Source of the DNA: a virus
Taxonomy: Duplodnaviria; Caudoviricetes
IMG/VR virus record: IMGVR_UViG_3300043414_000157
Coordinates: 1 to 41,739 of that record
DNA length: 41,739 nt
Strand: one strand, 5' to 3'
Shown here: positions 26,429 through 35,261 of the stretch, in pieces
Numbering within the stretch: position 1 is the stretch's first letter
Layout of the letters: the number at the start of each line of letters is the position of its first letter
Position numbers and translations under genes: made by a program
Notes under the pieces: model-generated
Database searches by the model: none
What the model was told of the DNA's origin: nothing
Seen by the model: only the letters and a program-made list of their open reading frames with translations

Positions 26429-27364
26429 TTATTTCCAGTAACTTGAAGAAGCATTGTTTACTGGTTGCTGTGAAACTTGAGGGGCTTGTGTAAATAACCC
26501 ACTAAATGGATTACTAAACTTACTAAAGTCCATACCACCAATAGTCTTACCAGCAGACATAAGGCCTCCTGCTGTACCTAATTGACCAGCAAGGTTATAT
26601 TGTGCAGCACTTGTTCCTGCACCTAACATAGCATCTGCTCCTGCCCTACCTCCTTGCAACAAAGCCTGAGCTTGTTGGCCTTGAGAGATTGAAGCTTTAT
26701 TACCAATGTCAGCACCCATTGTCAATGGAGACATACCAAGTTGTTCAACACCAGCGCCAGCAGTGAACAAACCTGTTCCACGAGCAATGAGTTTGTCAAT
26801 TAGATTTTGTCCATAGGTTGTACTCTCATTAGCAATCTGAGCATTAGAAAGTTCACGTGCTCGCATACGTGCAAAGTCATCTGGATTTAACATACCAGAA
26901 ACATCTCCTGCACCACCATAGCCAGCGGATACACCAAGACCTATACGTCCTGTTTGTAAGCCACGTTCACGTGCCATAATGTCTTCTTGTGTCCTGCTTG
27001 GTGCAAGCAAGCCCATTTGCTGTTGATAGTATTTCTGAGCTTGTTGCTCAGGAGTACCAATGTTTCCCATTGTCTGTTCAGCTTGTCCATACAGAGAGTC
27101 TCTGAAGGCTGCTAAACGAGGATCAATGTTATAACCAGCAGTGTTCTTCTCTGTATCAAAGAAGCCCTTACCAAAACCAGAGGTTACACTGTATGGTCTG
27201 AACTTAGCAGCATCAGCAGCTATACGTGCTGCTTCAAGATTGGCTGCATTAGCCTCTCGTCCTGCTTGTAGTTGAGAATTAGCTGCATTTCCAGCAGCAT
27301 CTGATGCCATCATTCCACCAAAAACATTACCAGCAACTGAAGCTGCTATAGGCATCCAAGCCAT
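26429..27364 (-). CDS. Internal virion / DNA-transfer (pilot-like) protein
   Basis: MAWMPIAASVAGNVFGGMM N-terminus, Gly/Ala/Gln-rich, typical of the first podovirus ejection gene. Confidence 0.7.
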   Translation of the reverse strand: MAWMPIAASVAGNVFGGMMASDAAGNAANSQLQAGREANAANLEAARIAADAAKFRPYSVTSGFGKGFFDTEKNTAGYNIDPRLAAFRDSLYGQAEQTMGNIGTPEQQAQKYYQQQMGLLAPSRTQEDIMARERGLQTGRIGLGVSAGYGGAGDVSGMLNPDDFARMRARELSNAQIANESTTYGQNLIDKLIARGTGLFTAGAGVEQLGMSPLTMGADIGNKASISQGQQAQALLQGGRAGADAMLGAGTSAAQYNLAGQLGTAGGLMSAGKTIGGMDFSKFSNPFSGLFTQAPQVSQQPVNNASSSYWK

Positions 27365-27365
27365 A

Positions 27366-27671
27366 TTATACTCCTTTAATTAAAACTTCATCCACTTTAG
27401 ATGAGTCTTTCTCATCCGTGGCATGAATACAATACCATACAACATCCGTGAGAGCTTCAACAGCATGATGCTCTCCTGCTTTAATTTCAATACACGCAGG
27501 GGCATGAACAACCTTCATTTCGTCATTACTTGTAACTATAACGCTTCCTTGTGCAAGAACAGAAAGATGTGCATAGTTATGCTTATGTTGTACAAGCTCT
27601 GTCTTAGCTGGAATAAATGTTTCTTTAGCATATAAGCCATCGCTAAAATGATGTATGATAGCTACTGTCAT
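27366..27671 (-). CDS. Cupin-fold protein
   Basis: HHFSDGLYAKE, HKHNYAHLS.L..G, I.AG.HH, WYCIH. Start at 27671 overlaps the upstream stop. Confidence 0.8.
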   Translation of the reverse strand: MTVAIIHHFSDGLYAKETFIPAKTELVQHKHNYAHLSVLAQGSVIVTSNDEMKVVHAPACIEIKAGEHHAVEALTDVVWYCIHATDEKDSSKVDEVLIKGV

Positions 27672-28330
27672 GCTGTGCGTTTCCACATATATACAGTGAT
27701 GTATGGTTGATAATTAGCATTTGTACCACTTACACCAGAGGTGCTATTTGATACAGAGATGCCAGTAGTAGCACTACCAGTGTTTGCTGATACAGGATTT
27801 ACACGTGCTCCACCACCACCAGCATTACCAATACCGGGAACGTTGTATTCTGTTTGTGTATGTAAGTGACCTGGATCTGTAACTGTTGCTGTGTGCGTAT
27901 GGCTAACAACAACTGCATCTGCACTACCACCAGTTTCTTCAGCAGTGTCAAATAAAGCATTGCTTGAATCAAAGCCAACCATGACACGACTAGCACCAAA
28001 GGCTGACCATGTACCAAAGCCTAACAAGGTTGCAGGATTAACAGCACTTGTGGCATTTGTGTAAATAGAACCAACGGGGTATAATAAAGCAATGGCTGCT
28101 TGTACAAAAGCAGTGGAAGCTGCCTGAGTTGAACTTGTTCCAGCAGAAGCTGTAGGTACAGTTGGTGTGCCAGTAAAAGTAGGACTTGCTAGGTTTGCTT
28201 TAGTTGCAACTGCTGTTGCAATAGCATCAAACTCATCATCAAGTTCAGTGCCTTTAACACGCTTCAAGGGGTTTCCAGTTGTTAAACCATCCTTTGTGTC
28301 ATATGCTGTTAGTTTAATATAGTCACTCAT
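27668..28330 (-). CDS. Short tail fibre/needle with T4 gp10-like C-terminal domain
   Basis: YPVGSIY...NPATLLGFGTW...HTH...QPYITVYMWKRTA. Confidence 0.8.
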   Translation of the reverse strand: MSDYIKLTAYDTKDGLTTGNPLKRVKGTELDDEFDAIATAVATKANLASPTFTGTPTVPTASAGTSSTQAASTAFVQAAIALLYPVGSIYTNATSAVNPATLLGFGTWSAFGASRVMVGFDSSNALFDTAEETGGSADAVVVSHTHTATVTDPGHLHTQTEYNVPGIGNAGGGGARVNPVSANTGSATTGISVSNSTSGVSGTNANYQPYITVYMWKRTA

Positions 28331-29916
28331 TAGTAAGTCTTTCCTTGTTTAATAAATATGTCCATCTTCTGTACACTTAAAGGAGAACCAGACACTTCAG
28401 CTTCAAAGCCCATTTGAATAATCTTACCTTGTCCACCAACAGAAACATAAGCATCATCAATGACAACACCTGATGAGTATTCTGCTATATTATATTCAGC
28501 TATGTTGTATTCAGAATATGCCCCTGTTTCCATAATTACAGGATAACTGCTATATTTATTTGAATAATCAAAACCAATCTTAGCAACAAAGCGTTGGCCT
28601 CCACCACCAATAAGAACAAAGCCTAACTTCTTAGCAATCTTATTAATTGTTGGTTGACCAAAGTCAAAGTAGTTTGTATAATAAATAAAGTTATAAGCAC
28701 TGCCATTATCTTGATAGCCAAAGTATTCACCAATTCCTGCTGGTTTTCCTATGTATAAAGAACCATCTCTATTAGCAGAAAAAGAATAAGCAGCATATGA
28801 ATTCCATGTAGTAACTCTAGCTGCTCCATCTGGAAGGGCTTGTTTCAAATCAAAACAGTAAACAATAGGAGAAGCTGTTGATGGGAAGCTTAACAGATAA
28901 AAGCCATACTTCTCTGAGTAACAACTCTTAATAAGTTTAGCTTCAGTGCTTGATATATTATCAAACAAATCATCACGTACATTCTTAGAGATGTCACGCA
29001 TTGGCATACTCTTCTCTTGAATGGTACGTCCAAGACTACGAACACCTGATGAACTCAAGAACAATAAGTCATTACCTGTCTTTTGTACGCTGTCTCTGGC
29101 AATGCATCCCACACCGGGAATAACATCAGAGATAGTCATTGCTGTTGCTGGATTCTCAGCACCATTAAGAATAACAATATTTTGTTTACAGAAGACAATT
29201 AAGAAACCATTATGTGCAGCAAGGGCTACAATTTCATCTGTATTATTAGGAAGCTTAGAAGCTATATTAATACTACCAGAGGTACGAGTACCACCAGTAT
29301 TAAATGTAGGGAAATAAGCATCAGCAATATCTGTAGACCAGAACACTGTAGTTGGACTTGCGGTACTACCTGCCACCCAAAAGCGGCCATAAGCAGCTAA
29401 GCAAGCATTAGGAGCATTGGATGTACCTGTGCCAAACACTGGAGTAGTAAAGTCTGCACCAGTATGTCCTGTGTGTCCTACGAGAGTTGAAGCTACAGGA
29501 CTTCCGCTTTCTCTTGTAAACAATACAGGCAAATGAGTTGCTTGTGTCATCAAGCAATGGTCTTTTAATGAAGCCATCTGCCAGTGGTTATCTGTAATGG
29601 TCATAGTTGGTGTAATGTCTGTAAGCACAGCACCAATGCCGCCTCTCCAGAGTTTACTATTACCAGCACTTAGGTAATCAAATGTACCATCTGCATTTAA
29701 ATATTCAAAGATACTATAGATGTTTGCACCGCTAAGACCAGCAGTGGTTGTAGTCTTCTGAGTCCAACCCTTACGTGCTCCTAAACGACCATACTTATCA
29801 ATGACACAATTAGAAGCTACAAGTGCAAAACCATCAGACAGCATTGCTCCACTCTCTTGGGTGTTAAGCCCAAAGAAACCGGGAGCAGCAACAGCAGCAC
29901 TAGAGAGTTGTTTCAT
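28330..29916 (-). CDS. Tail nozzle / tubular protein B (P22 gp10-like stabilisation protein)
   Basis: 528 aa beta-rich; GVGCIARDSV, LFLS..GVRSL; follows the adaptor gene. Confidence 0.82.
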   Translation of the reverse strand: MKQLSSAAVAAPGFFGLNTQESGAMLSDGFALVASNCVIDKYGRLGARKGWTQKTTTTAGLSGANIYSIFEYLNADGTFDYLSAGNSKLWRGGIGAVLTDITPTMTITDNHWQMASLKDHCLMTQATHLPVLFTRESGSPVASTLVGHTGHTGADFTTPVFGTGTSNAPNACLAAYGRFWVAGSTASPTTVFWSTDIADAYFPTFNTGGTRTSGSINIASKLPNNTDEIVALAAHNGFLIVFCKQNIVILNGAENPATAMTISDVIPGVGCIARDSVQKTGNDLLFLSSSGVRSLGRTIQEKSMPMRDISKNVRDDLFDNISSTEAKLIKSCYSEKYGFYLLSFPSTASPIVYCFDLKQALPDGAARVTTWNSYAAYSFSANRDGSLYIGKPAGIGEYFGYQDNGSAYNFIYYTNYFDFGQPTINKIAKKLGFVLIGGGGQRFVAKIGFDYSNKYSSYPVIMETGAYSEYNIAEYNIAEYSSGVVIDDAYVSVGGQGKIIQMGFEAEVSGSPLSVQKMDIFIKQGKTY

Positions 29917-30560
29917 ACTGGATACCAGAGAGTGTCTTCTGGCCTACGAGCAGCATCAAGAGCAATCTCATCAGCCAAGCTAGAACGACCAGCAGCGTAT
30001 GCATTCATGCTGGCATTGCCACCATCTTCACCACGCTCTTCAATGGCCTTAGCAAGGGCTAGAAGGATAACAGGACGTGAAGGAACATAGAGGTCATCAC
30101 CATCTGTTGTCATGTCTTGGTTACGTAGGATGGCATTAAAGCGAACAGTATAAACGCCATCAGGAATTGGATAGATGTCAACTTGTGTGTCACCATCATT
30201 AGCAACACCATTGAAGTTATAATAGGTAGGAGAGCCTGTAGGAGCGTCTTGATTTAGATAGGCATTATCAAACCAAACACCATCACGATAGTCCATGAAC
30301 TGGTTACTTGTATCATTGATAACATCAATAAGTGTGAAGTTGTTCTGACTGCCATTCAACTCATAGTTAAATACATTAGCAGCAGTTGTAAGAGTTAATG
30401 TTGTTCTAAGGGCAGACCAGCCCCAAGCTGTTTCCACTTCATTGCGAGCATCATTTACAAAGTCGCCAATGAGTTTACTATAGGAACTTTCAGAGACAGA
30501 AGCAACTTCTCTCTCTCTAAGTCTCCGTAGTACACTATTGACTATTTCTAAATATGTCAT
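29913..30560 (-). CDS. Tail adaptor / tubular protein A
   Basis: MTYLEIVNSVLRRLRE...FVNDA..EVE.AW.W..LR...G.P.YY...YPIPD. Confidence 0.82.
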   Translation of the reverse strand: MTYLEIVNSVLRRLREREVASVSESSYSKLIGDFVNDARNEVETAWGWSALRTTLTLTTAANVFNYELNGSQNNFTLIDVINDTSNQFMDYRDGVWFDNAYLNQDAPTGSPTYYNFNGVANDGDTQVDIYPIPDGVYTVRFNAILRNQDMTTDGDDLYVPSRPVILLALAKAIEERGEDGGNASMNAYAAGRSSLADEIALDAARRPEDTLWYPV

Positions 30561-30581
30561 ACTATTTCCTTATATGTATAC

Positions 30582-30610
30582 ATTATAACATGGTTTGTTA
30601 TGTTTGTCAA
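30582..30610 (-). promoter_or_regulatory. Sigma70-type promoter for tail/ejection genes
   Basis: TTGACA-17 nt-TATAAT with extended -10 TG. Confidence 0.9.
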
Positions 30611-30614
30611 GGGT

Positions 30615-30893
30615 TTACCACTTAACTTTATCAGCCCAATAAGCAGCACTCATCTTACCTTTGGCTATGTTGCCAGCATGTCTGGCTTTAAAGCTCTCTC
30701 TTCGGTTCTTATAAGCCTCAGATTCATTAGTTTTCTTAGGACTTCCTGATACCCCTTGTTGTCCAAAGCGGATTGTTTTAATATTATCGCCTTCTTTAGC
30801 TACAACAACGTGGCTTTTAGTAGGATGACTAGGCGTTGCTTTAGGCTTGTTAAAGCCACTAACGCCAGCTTTGGCTAGTCTACTATCCTTCAT
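30615..30893 (-). CDS. Conserved basic phage protein
   Basis: KTIRFGQQG...RRESFKARH...SAAYWADKVKW. Confidence 0.8.
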   Translation of the reverse strand: MKDSRLAKAGVSGFNKPKATPSHPTKSHVVVAKEGDNIKTIRFGQQGVSGSPKKTNESEAYKNRRESFKARHAGNIAKGKMSAAYWADKVKW

Positions 30894-31081
30894 TTCTTTT
30901 TAGCCTTGTTAGTGGCTGTTCTCTGGCCTCTCATGGGCATCTTTGCTTGGCTCATGGCAATGGCTACAGCTTGCTTAGGGGAAGTGACAACCTTGCCACC
31001 CTTGCCACTATGCAAAGAGCCCATCTTGTATTCATGCATCACCTTACCAATCTTGGCTGTTTGTTTCTTAGTTTCTTTCAT
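30890..31081 (-). CDS. DUF6496-like small basic protein
   Basis: KVMHEYK.GSLHSG..GKVV.SPKQAVAIAMS. Confidence 0.8.
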   Translation of the reverse strand: MKETKKQTAKIGKVMHEYKMGSLHSGKGGKVVTSPKQAVAIAMSQAKMPMRGQRTATNKAKKK

Positions 31082-31089
31082 ATGCTTCC

Positions 31090-31428
31090 TTAAATGTTAC
31101 GTTCAAAGTGTGGACAATCTAGGAGGTTACTGAAGTTACCTCCCCATCTATTCTTCTTATTTAGGCTTTCCCAATAAGCCCCTACTGGTGCAAGGGTTTC
31201 TTTATTCCATATAATTTTGCCTTCTAAGAAGAAGTTTAAGTCCATTGCACACCTCTTCAAGTGTATAGAGTTCATTGTCTTGCTGCGGCCTGTCTTAAAA
31301 TAGATAGCCTGTTGTTCTGGTGTACGTGCAAGCTCTCCGCCTGTCACCTTGAAGCCCATATCTGTAGCATATTGAATGAGCTTACACATATCTAAGAGGA
31401 AAGCTGCTTGTTCATCTGATAAATTCAT
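31090..31428 (-). CDS. Endolysin, M15-family peptidase
   Basis: RTPEQQ, S.H....A.D, WGGNF, DCPHFE. Confidence 0.9.
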   Translation of the reverse strand: MNLSDEQAAFLLDMCKLIQYATDMGFKVTGGELARTPEQQAIYFKTGRSKTMNSIHLKRCAMDLNFFLEGKIIWNKETLAPVGAYWESLNKKNRWGGNFSNLLDCPHFERNI

Positions 31429-31937
31429 TTCTTGCTCCTAAGTTCAGCCAGCTTCTCAACTGTTCGTCCACCAAAGTAGGCTCCCATAATAAGCATACCC
31501 CACTGTCCTAACAAAGAGACATAAGATTCATTTGCATTTAAACCAAAGGCAGACATCATTGCAAACAAGAAGTAGCCTGTAAAGATGGCTATAAGGCTCA
31601 TAGGACGTATGTTCTTGGACAGCCAAGAGTCAGAGGACATATCTGCATTCCAACGAGATGACACATTGTCTTCTTCGTTCTGTGCTGCCTTAGCAAACAA
31701 TTCAAGCTCAGCAAGTTCCATCTTGGCCTTCTCAATGCCAAGTTCTAGAAGACGCTCTTCGTGTGTAAACTGAAGCTGTCTAAGTTGAGCTACTTCTTCT
31801 GGTGTAGGATTGTCAGCAATCTTAACCCCAAGAGTCTTTTCTACAACTTCTTTTCCCTTAGCTTGAATAGCAGAAGATAGAAGACCAAGACCATTCTCAG
31901 CCAACGTCCCTAGTAATGCACCTATAATTGGAATCAT
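31425..31937 (-). CDS. Holin (GTA 3TM-holin-like)
   Basis: DM.SDSWLSKNIRP, two TM segments, AYFGGRTVEK; adjacent to the endolysin. Confidence 0.8.
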   Translation of the reverse strand: MIPIIGALLGTLAENGLGLLSSAIQAKGKEVVEKTLGVKIADNPTPEEVAQLRQLQFTHEERLLELGIEKAKMELAELELFAKAAQNEEDNVSSRWNADMSSDSWLSKNIRPMSLIAIFTGYFLFAMMSAFGLNANESYVSLLGQWGMLIMGAYFGGRTVEKLAELRSKK

Positions 31938-32104
31938 TTTTTATCCTTCTCTTGTTCAAATTCTTTACGAAGCTTCTCTATCTTCTTTACTTCATATCGT
32001 ACTTCTTGTCTAGCAGTATTAATATCCAGTAACATAAAACCCATTATAGGCAGCATTAATACAAATATAAACATCATAATGATAAGACCGATTAAATAGC
32101 CCAT
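31934..32104 (-). CDS. TM plus coiled-coil protein in the lysis cassette (spanin-like?)
   Basis: MGYLIGLIIMMFIFVLMLPIMGFMLL followed by a charged helix. Start reassigned to 32104. Confidence 0.55.
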   Translation of the reverse strand: MGYLIGLIIMMFIFVLMLPIMGFMLLDINTARQEVRYEVKKIEKLRKEFEQEKDKK

Positions 32105-32625
32105 CGAAGTTTCCTGTCTATTGTTATTAACCAGAACAGGAGAAGAAGGTATATAGTAACTAGACTCACTGCCCCTATCTGTAGAGCCTTGTCTTGCAGG
32201 GAGCTTATTAGTTGTCTTCGTTGCCATGCTGCTTCCCTTGCTTTCTGTTCTGCTATAAGCCTTTCTTGTAGCTGTTCTTCTTGTAGTCTTTCATATTCTT
32301 CTTCAAACCTACTCCACACTGCACCTAGTTCTGGGTCTACTTGATAGATTAAAAATTCTCTTAGCTCTACTGCCTGTCTTTCAAGTTCTATTTGATTTAT
32401 TATATTATCTAAAGCTTGTGCTTTTAAACTCTTTGAAGGCTTCTTCTTTTCTTCGTGTATTACTTGTTTAACTTGTTCTTGTGCATCAAAGAAACTTCCT
32501 ATATAGCCAGAGATTTCCCTTGCTATTTTAGTAACATCATTACCCGCTGCTTTTGCATCTTTATAAAAAGCAACCCCTTGTTTAATTGCTGCCAAAGCAG
32601 TGAAGGCCAATGTGAATGGATCAAT
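32092..32625 (-). CDS. Coiled-coil membrane protein in the lysis cassette; probable AUU start
   Basis: GGAG SD 6 nt before an in-frame ATT-GAT-CCA (MDPFTLAFTALAAIK). C-terminal TM. Confidence 0.7.
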   Translation of the reverse strand: MDPFTLAFTALAAIKQGVAFYKDAKAAGNDVTKIAREISGYIGSFFDAQEQVKQVIHEEKKKPSKSLKAQALDNIINQIELERQAVELREFLIYQVDPELGAVWSRFEEEYERLQEEQLQERLIAEQKAREAAWQRRQLISSLQDKALQIGAVSLVTIYLLLLFWLITIDRKLRWAI

Positions 32626-32626
32626 G

Positions 32627-32845
32627 TTATACTCCGAAGAATTTCTTAAAGAACTCTGCTGCTGTACCCGGGCCTAGAAGAACACACAACATAACACCAT
32701 ATAACAGATATTCAATCTTAGTCATACGTATATTACCAGCATCTAAGCTTTTAGAAATAGAAGCATATCGTTCAGCACATACTTGTTCATGGCTATTAAG
32801 TTTTGCTTCTGTTTTAGTAATTAGTTCATCACTCATATTATTCAA
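32627..32845 (-). CDS. XhlA-like / holin-like small membrane protein
   Basis: HEQVCAERY..I...L.....RM.KIE plus a C-terminal TM. Confidence 0.7.
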   Translation of the reverse strand: MNNMSDELITKTEAKLNSHEQVCAERYASISKSLDAGNIRMTKIEYLLYGVMLCVLLGPGTAAEFFKKFFGV

Positions 32846-33269
32846 TGCTTACTTTTCTAGTAGAAATTAAATCAATTAAAGACCATGCTGAGTCTCCATT
32901 CTCGTTTATAATTTCTTGACAAACTGTTGGTTTATAGTTATCAATAATTGCTTCACATATTCTAGCAAGAGCTTCTTTTGCTTCTACTTCATTTATATAC
33001 TGACTATGTAAGCCTGTTAATGGATTAAATACTTGATAGTTATTTGCCATAGTAATTATCTTTCCGTTGCAACGAACAAATTTTTCTGTTTTCTTTTGAT
33101 CAAGCCACCAATCTGCGGCATCGCTTAAACCAGCGGCTCTAAGTGCGGGACAAATGACTGACTCATCAGGTTGACCCCAAAGATTGTTTTCTTCAATAAA
33201 AGTAGGGCCAACATCACAAGCACCCATTGCGTCAACTAAAAGCTCTTTGGTGATTATTGTGTCGCTCAT
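32838..33269 (-). CDS. Hypothetical protein, possibly fibre/adhesin accessory
   Basis: 143 aa coupled (ATGA) to the glycine-rich gene. Confidence 0.65.
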   Translation of the reverse strand: MSDTIITKELLVDAMGACDVGPTFIEENNLWGQPDESVICPALRAAGLSDAADWWLDQKKTEKFVRCNGKIITMANNYQVFNPLTGLHSQYINEVEAKEALARICEAIIDNYKPTVCQEIINENGDSAWSLIDLISTRKVSIE

Positions 33270-34096
33270 GAAACGCTCCCGTAGACTCTTGTTGTGTCGC
33301 CGCTAACCCATGTGACTGTTTTACCATTGAGTGCAACAGCTTTACCACCAGCACCGCCAGAAGGGGAGCCAGAACTAGCTCCGGCAGCACCCCATCCACC
33401 ACCACCGCCATTGGCGTTACCCGCCGCATTACCAGCACCACCAGCACCACCTGTTCCAGTATTTCCAACTCCACCAGCGCCACCTGTGCCGGGAAATATT
33501 CTGCCACCGCCGCCACCAAAAGCAACGCCGCTATTACCTTTTGAAATTGTTCCACTACCGCCGCCGCCGCCGCCAGCACCTCCGCCTTTACCGCCAGAAG
33601 AGTAAGAAGTATTTGGAGCATCACCACCGGCAACGCCTACGGCCCCACCGCCAGCTCCAAAACTTGCACCGCCGCCAGCGCCGCCGCCGCCAGTTACATC
33701 TCCACCTCCGCCACCACCTCCGCCAATATAGGCAGAACTATTTGTATTATTGACGGTTGTATTAAAACCAAGAGAAAGTGCTGTTCCGCCAGCGCCCCCT
33801 AATTGACCGCTACTTTGACCAGAAGCACCACCCATACCAGCAATGAAACCATTGTTGACAACAGTAATTGTGTCGCCTGACGAACCGCCAGTTAATGTTA
33901 GACCGGCGTTAGCTGTGGTAGTTGCATAGACCCATATACCGTTGTTTATGGTAATTGTGATGTCCGACTTACCTGTGGAATACCCAGAAATAGAAGTGAT
34001 ATTTAAACTAGCATTTGTAGTGTTTGTAGAATATGTATAAGATAGTGTAGTTCTACCAGCAGTAGGAGTAAGAAATGAATTTATAGCAGCAAACAT
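33266..34096 (-). CDS. Glycine-rich receptor-binding adhesin, T-even gp38-like
   Basis: ITINNG...NNGFIAGMGG, many polyglycine motifs, C-terminal GGAGGKAV...TW....RVYGSVS. Confidence 0.72.
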   Translation of the reverse strand: MFAAINSFLTPTAGRTTLSYTYSTNTTNASLNITSISGYSTGKSDITITINNGIWVYATTTANAGLTLTGGSSGDTITVVNNGFIAGMGGASGQSSGQLGGAGGTALSLGFNTTVNNTNSSAYIGGGGGGGGDVTGGGGAGGGASFGAGGGAVGVAGGDAPNTSYSSGGKGGGAGGGGGGSGTISKGNSGVAFGGGGGRIFPGTGGAGGVGNTGTGGAGGAGNAAGNANGGGGGWGAAGASSGSPSGGAGGKAVALNGKTVTWVSGDTTRVYGSVS

Positions 34097-35160
34097 TATG
34101 GTGTGTAGCCTTGCGTAATTGCACCATACCAGTTTGTTCCATCAGCAATAAAAGTAAGAATATCCATCTTACCCGCAGTTGCCGTTATTGTTGGTGCACC
34201 AGAAGTTCCCCACTTCACGCTTGTAAATGTTGCTGTTCCATTTCCTGTTGCTGCTGCTTGTTTAAGCAAGAGAACAAATGATTTACCAGCAGTAGCAGTG
34301 GGCATAGTAAACGTACAAGCTGTTGATGCCGTCAAGGTTGCAGTTTGTACTGTGCCACTAGTCAATGATATTGTATTTGTAGTTGTAACAGTACCAATAG
34401 CAACTACACCTTCAGTATAATTATTAACACTTGGATTGGTTAGTGTTTTATTAGTTAAAGTTTCAGAACCTGTATAGGTTGCAATTGAAGCACCAGCTAA
34501 TGTTGTTGAGCCTGTACCACCTGAGCCAATAACTAAAGTAGCTGATAAACCAGCTGCTGTTCCAGATGTGTTTTGATTTAATGTAGGAATGTCTGCTGCA
34601 ACAATTGCTCTAAATGTAGGAGCACCAGAGCTTCCATTAGGAGAAGCTAAAATATAATTAGCAGTTTTAGAAGCGTATGGATTTTGAGTGTCACCATAGT
34701 TTGCTGCTAAAGATATAGCAGGAGTAGCACCTCCACTAGAAACAACTGGAGATGTCCCAGTTATAGAAGTAACGCCCCCACTTACAGTAGCCCACGATGT
34801 AACTGTACCATCAGTAGTTAAATATTTACCTGAGTTTCCTGCCTGAGAGGGGGTAAATGAAGCAGCAGTAGTAGCGGAAGTAGAAGCATTAGAAGCACTA
34901 GTGGACGCAGCAGATGCAGAGGAGGCTGCATTAGTGGCACTAGTTGATGCATTAGAGGCAGATGTAGAAGCTGATGAAGCTGATGAAGAAGCAGCAGAGG
35001 CACTAGAAGCAGCAGCAGTGGCACTGGTTGAAGCATTAGAGGCAGATGTAGAAGCTGATGAAGCTGAAGCTGCGGCTGCACTTACTGTAGTAGATATAGC
35101 ATTAATTGTTGAGTCGCTAGAGGATTCTCCTGTGCCTCCAAGACCACGAAATATTCCCAT
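34096..35160 (-). CDS. Tail fibre protein with Ser/Ala heptad repeats
   Basis: SASAASTSASNA repeats, GKYLTTDG..SW, IPTLNQNT, C-terminal W....PT.TA..GK.DILTF..DGTNWYG. Confidence 0.8.
   Translation of the reverse strand: MGIFRGLGGTGESSSDSTINAISTTVSAAAASASSASTSASNASTSATAAASSASAASSSASSASTSASNASTSATNAASSASAASTSASNASTSATTAASFTPSQAGNSGKYLTTDGTVTSWATVSGGVTSITGTSPVVSSGGATPAISLAANYGDTQNPYASKTANYILASPNGSSGAPTFRAIVAADIPTLNQNTSGTAAGLSATLVIGSGGTGSTTLAGASIATYTGSETLTNKTLTNPSVNNYTEGVVAIGTVTTTNTISLTSGTVQTATLTASTACTFTMPTATAGKSFVLLLKQAAATGNGTATFTSVKWGTSGAPTITATAGKMDILTFIADGTNWYGAITQGYTP
34860..35080 (-). repeat. Imperfect tandem repeats encoding Ser/Ala/Thr heptads
   Basis: gcattagaggcagatgtagaagctgatgaagctga occurs at 34949 and 35033, 84 bp apart. 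Confidence 0.85.
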
Positions 35161-35176
35161 ATACTCTCCTTGTTAT

Positions 35177-35256
35177 GGAAAAAGCCTTGTTTGCTATTTG
35201 CGTATAGCGAACAAAGCCCCTTTCAAAACAAGGAAGCCCCTTGTGAGGGCTCCCTT
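35177..35256 (-). terminator. Tandem hairpins/terminator downstream of the major capsid gene
   Basis: AAGGGAGCCCTC-ACAA-GGGGCTTCCTT-GTTTT followed by a second long stem GGGCTTTGTTCGCTAT...ATAGCAAACAAGGCTTTTT. Confidence 0.8.
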
Positions 35257-35261
35257 ATATA

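Noticed and set aside
31126-31139. GTTACT-ga-AGTTAC as a tenth palindrome copy
   Set aside because: The spacer is 2 nt rather than 4. Partial matches at ~5417 and ~5439 also have two or more mismatches and were not counted.
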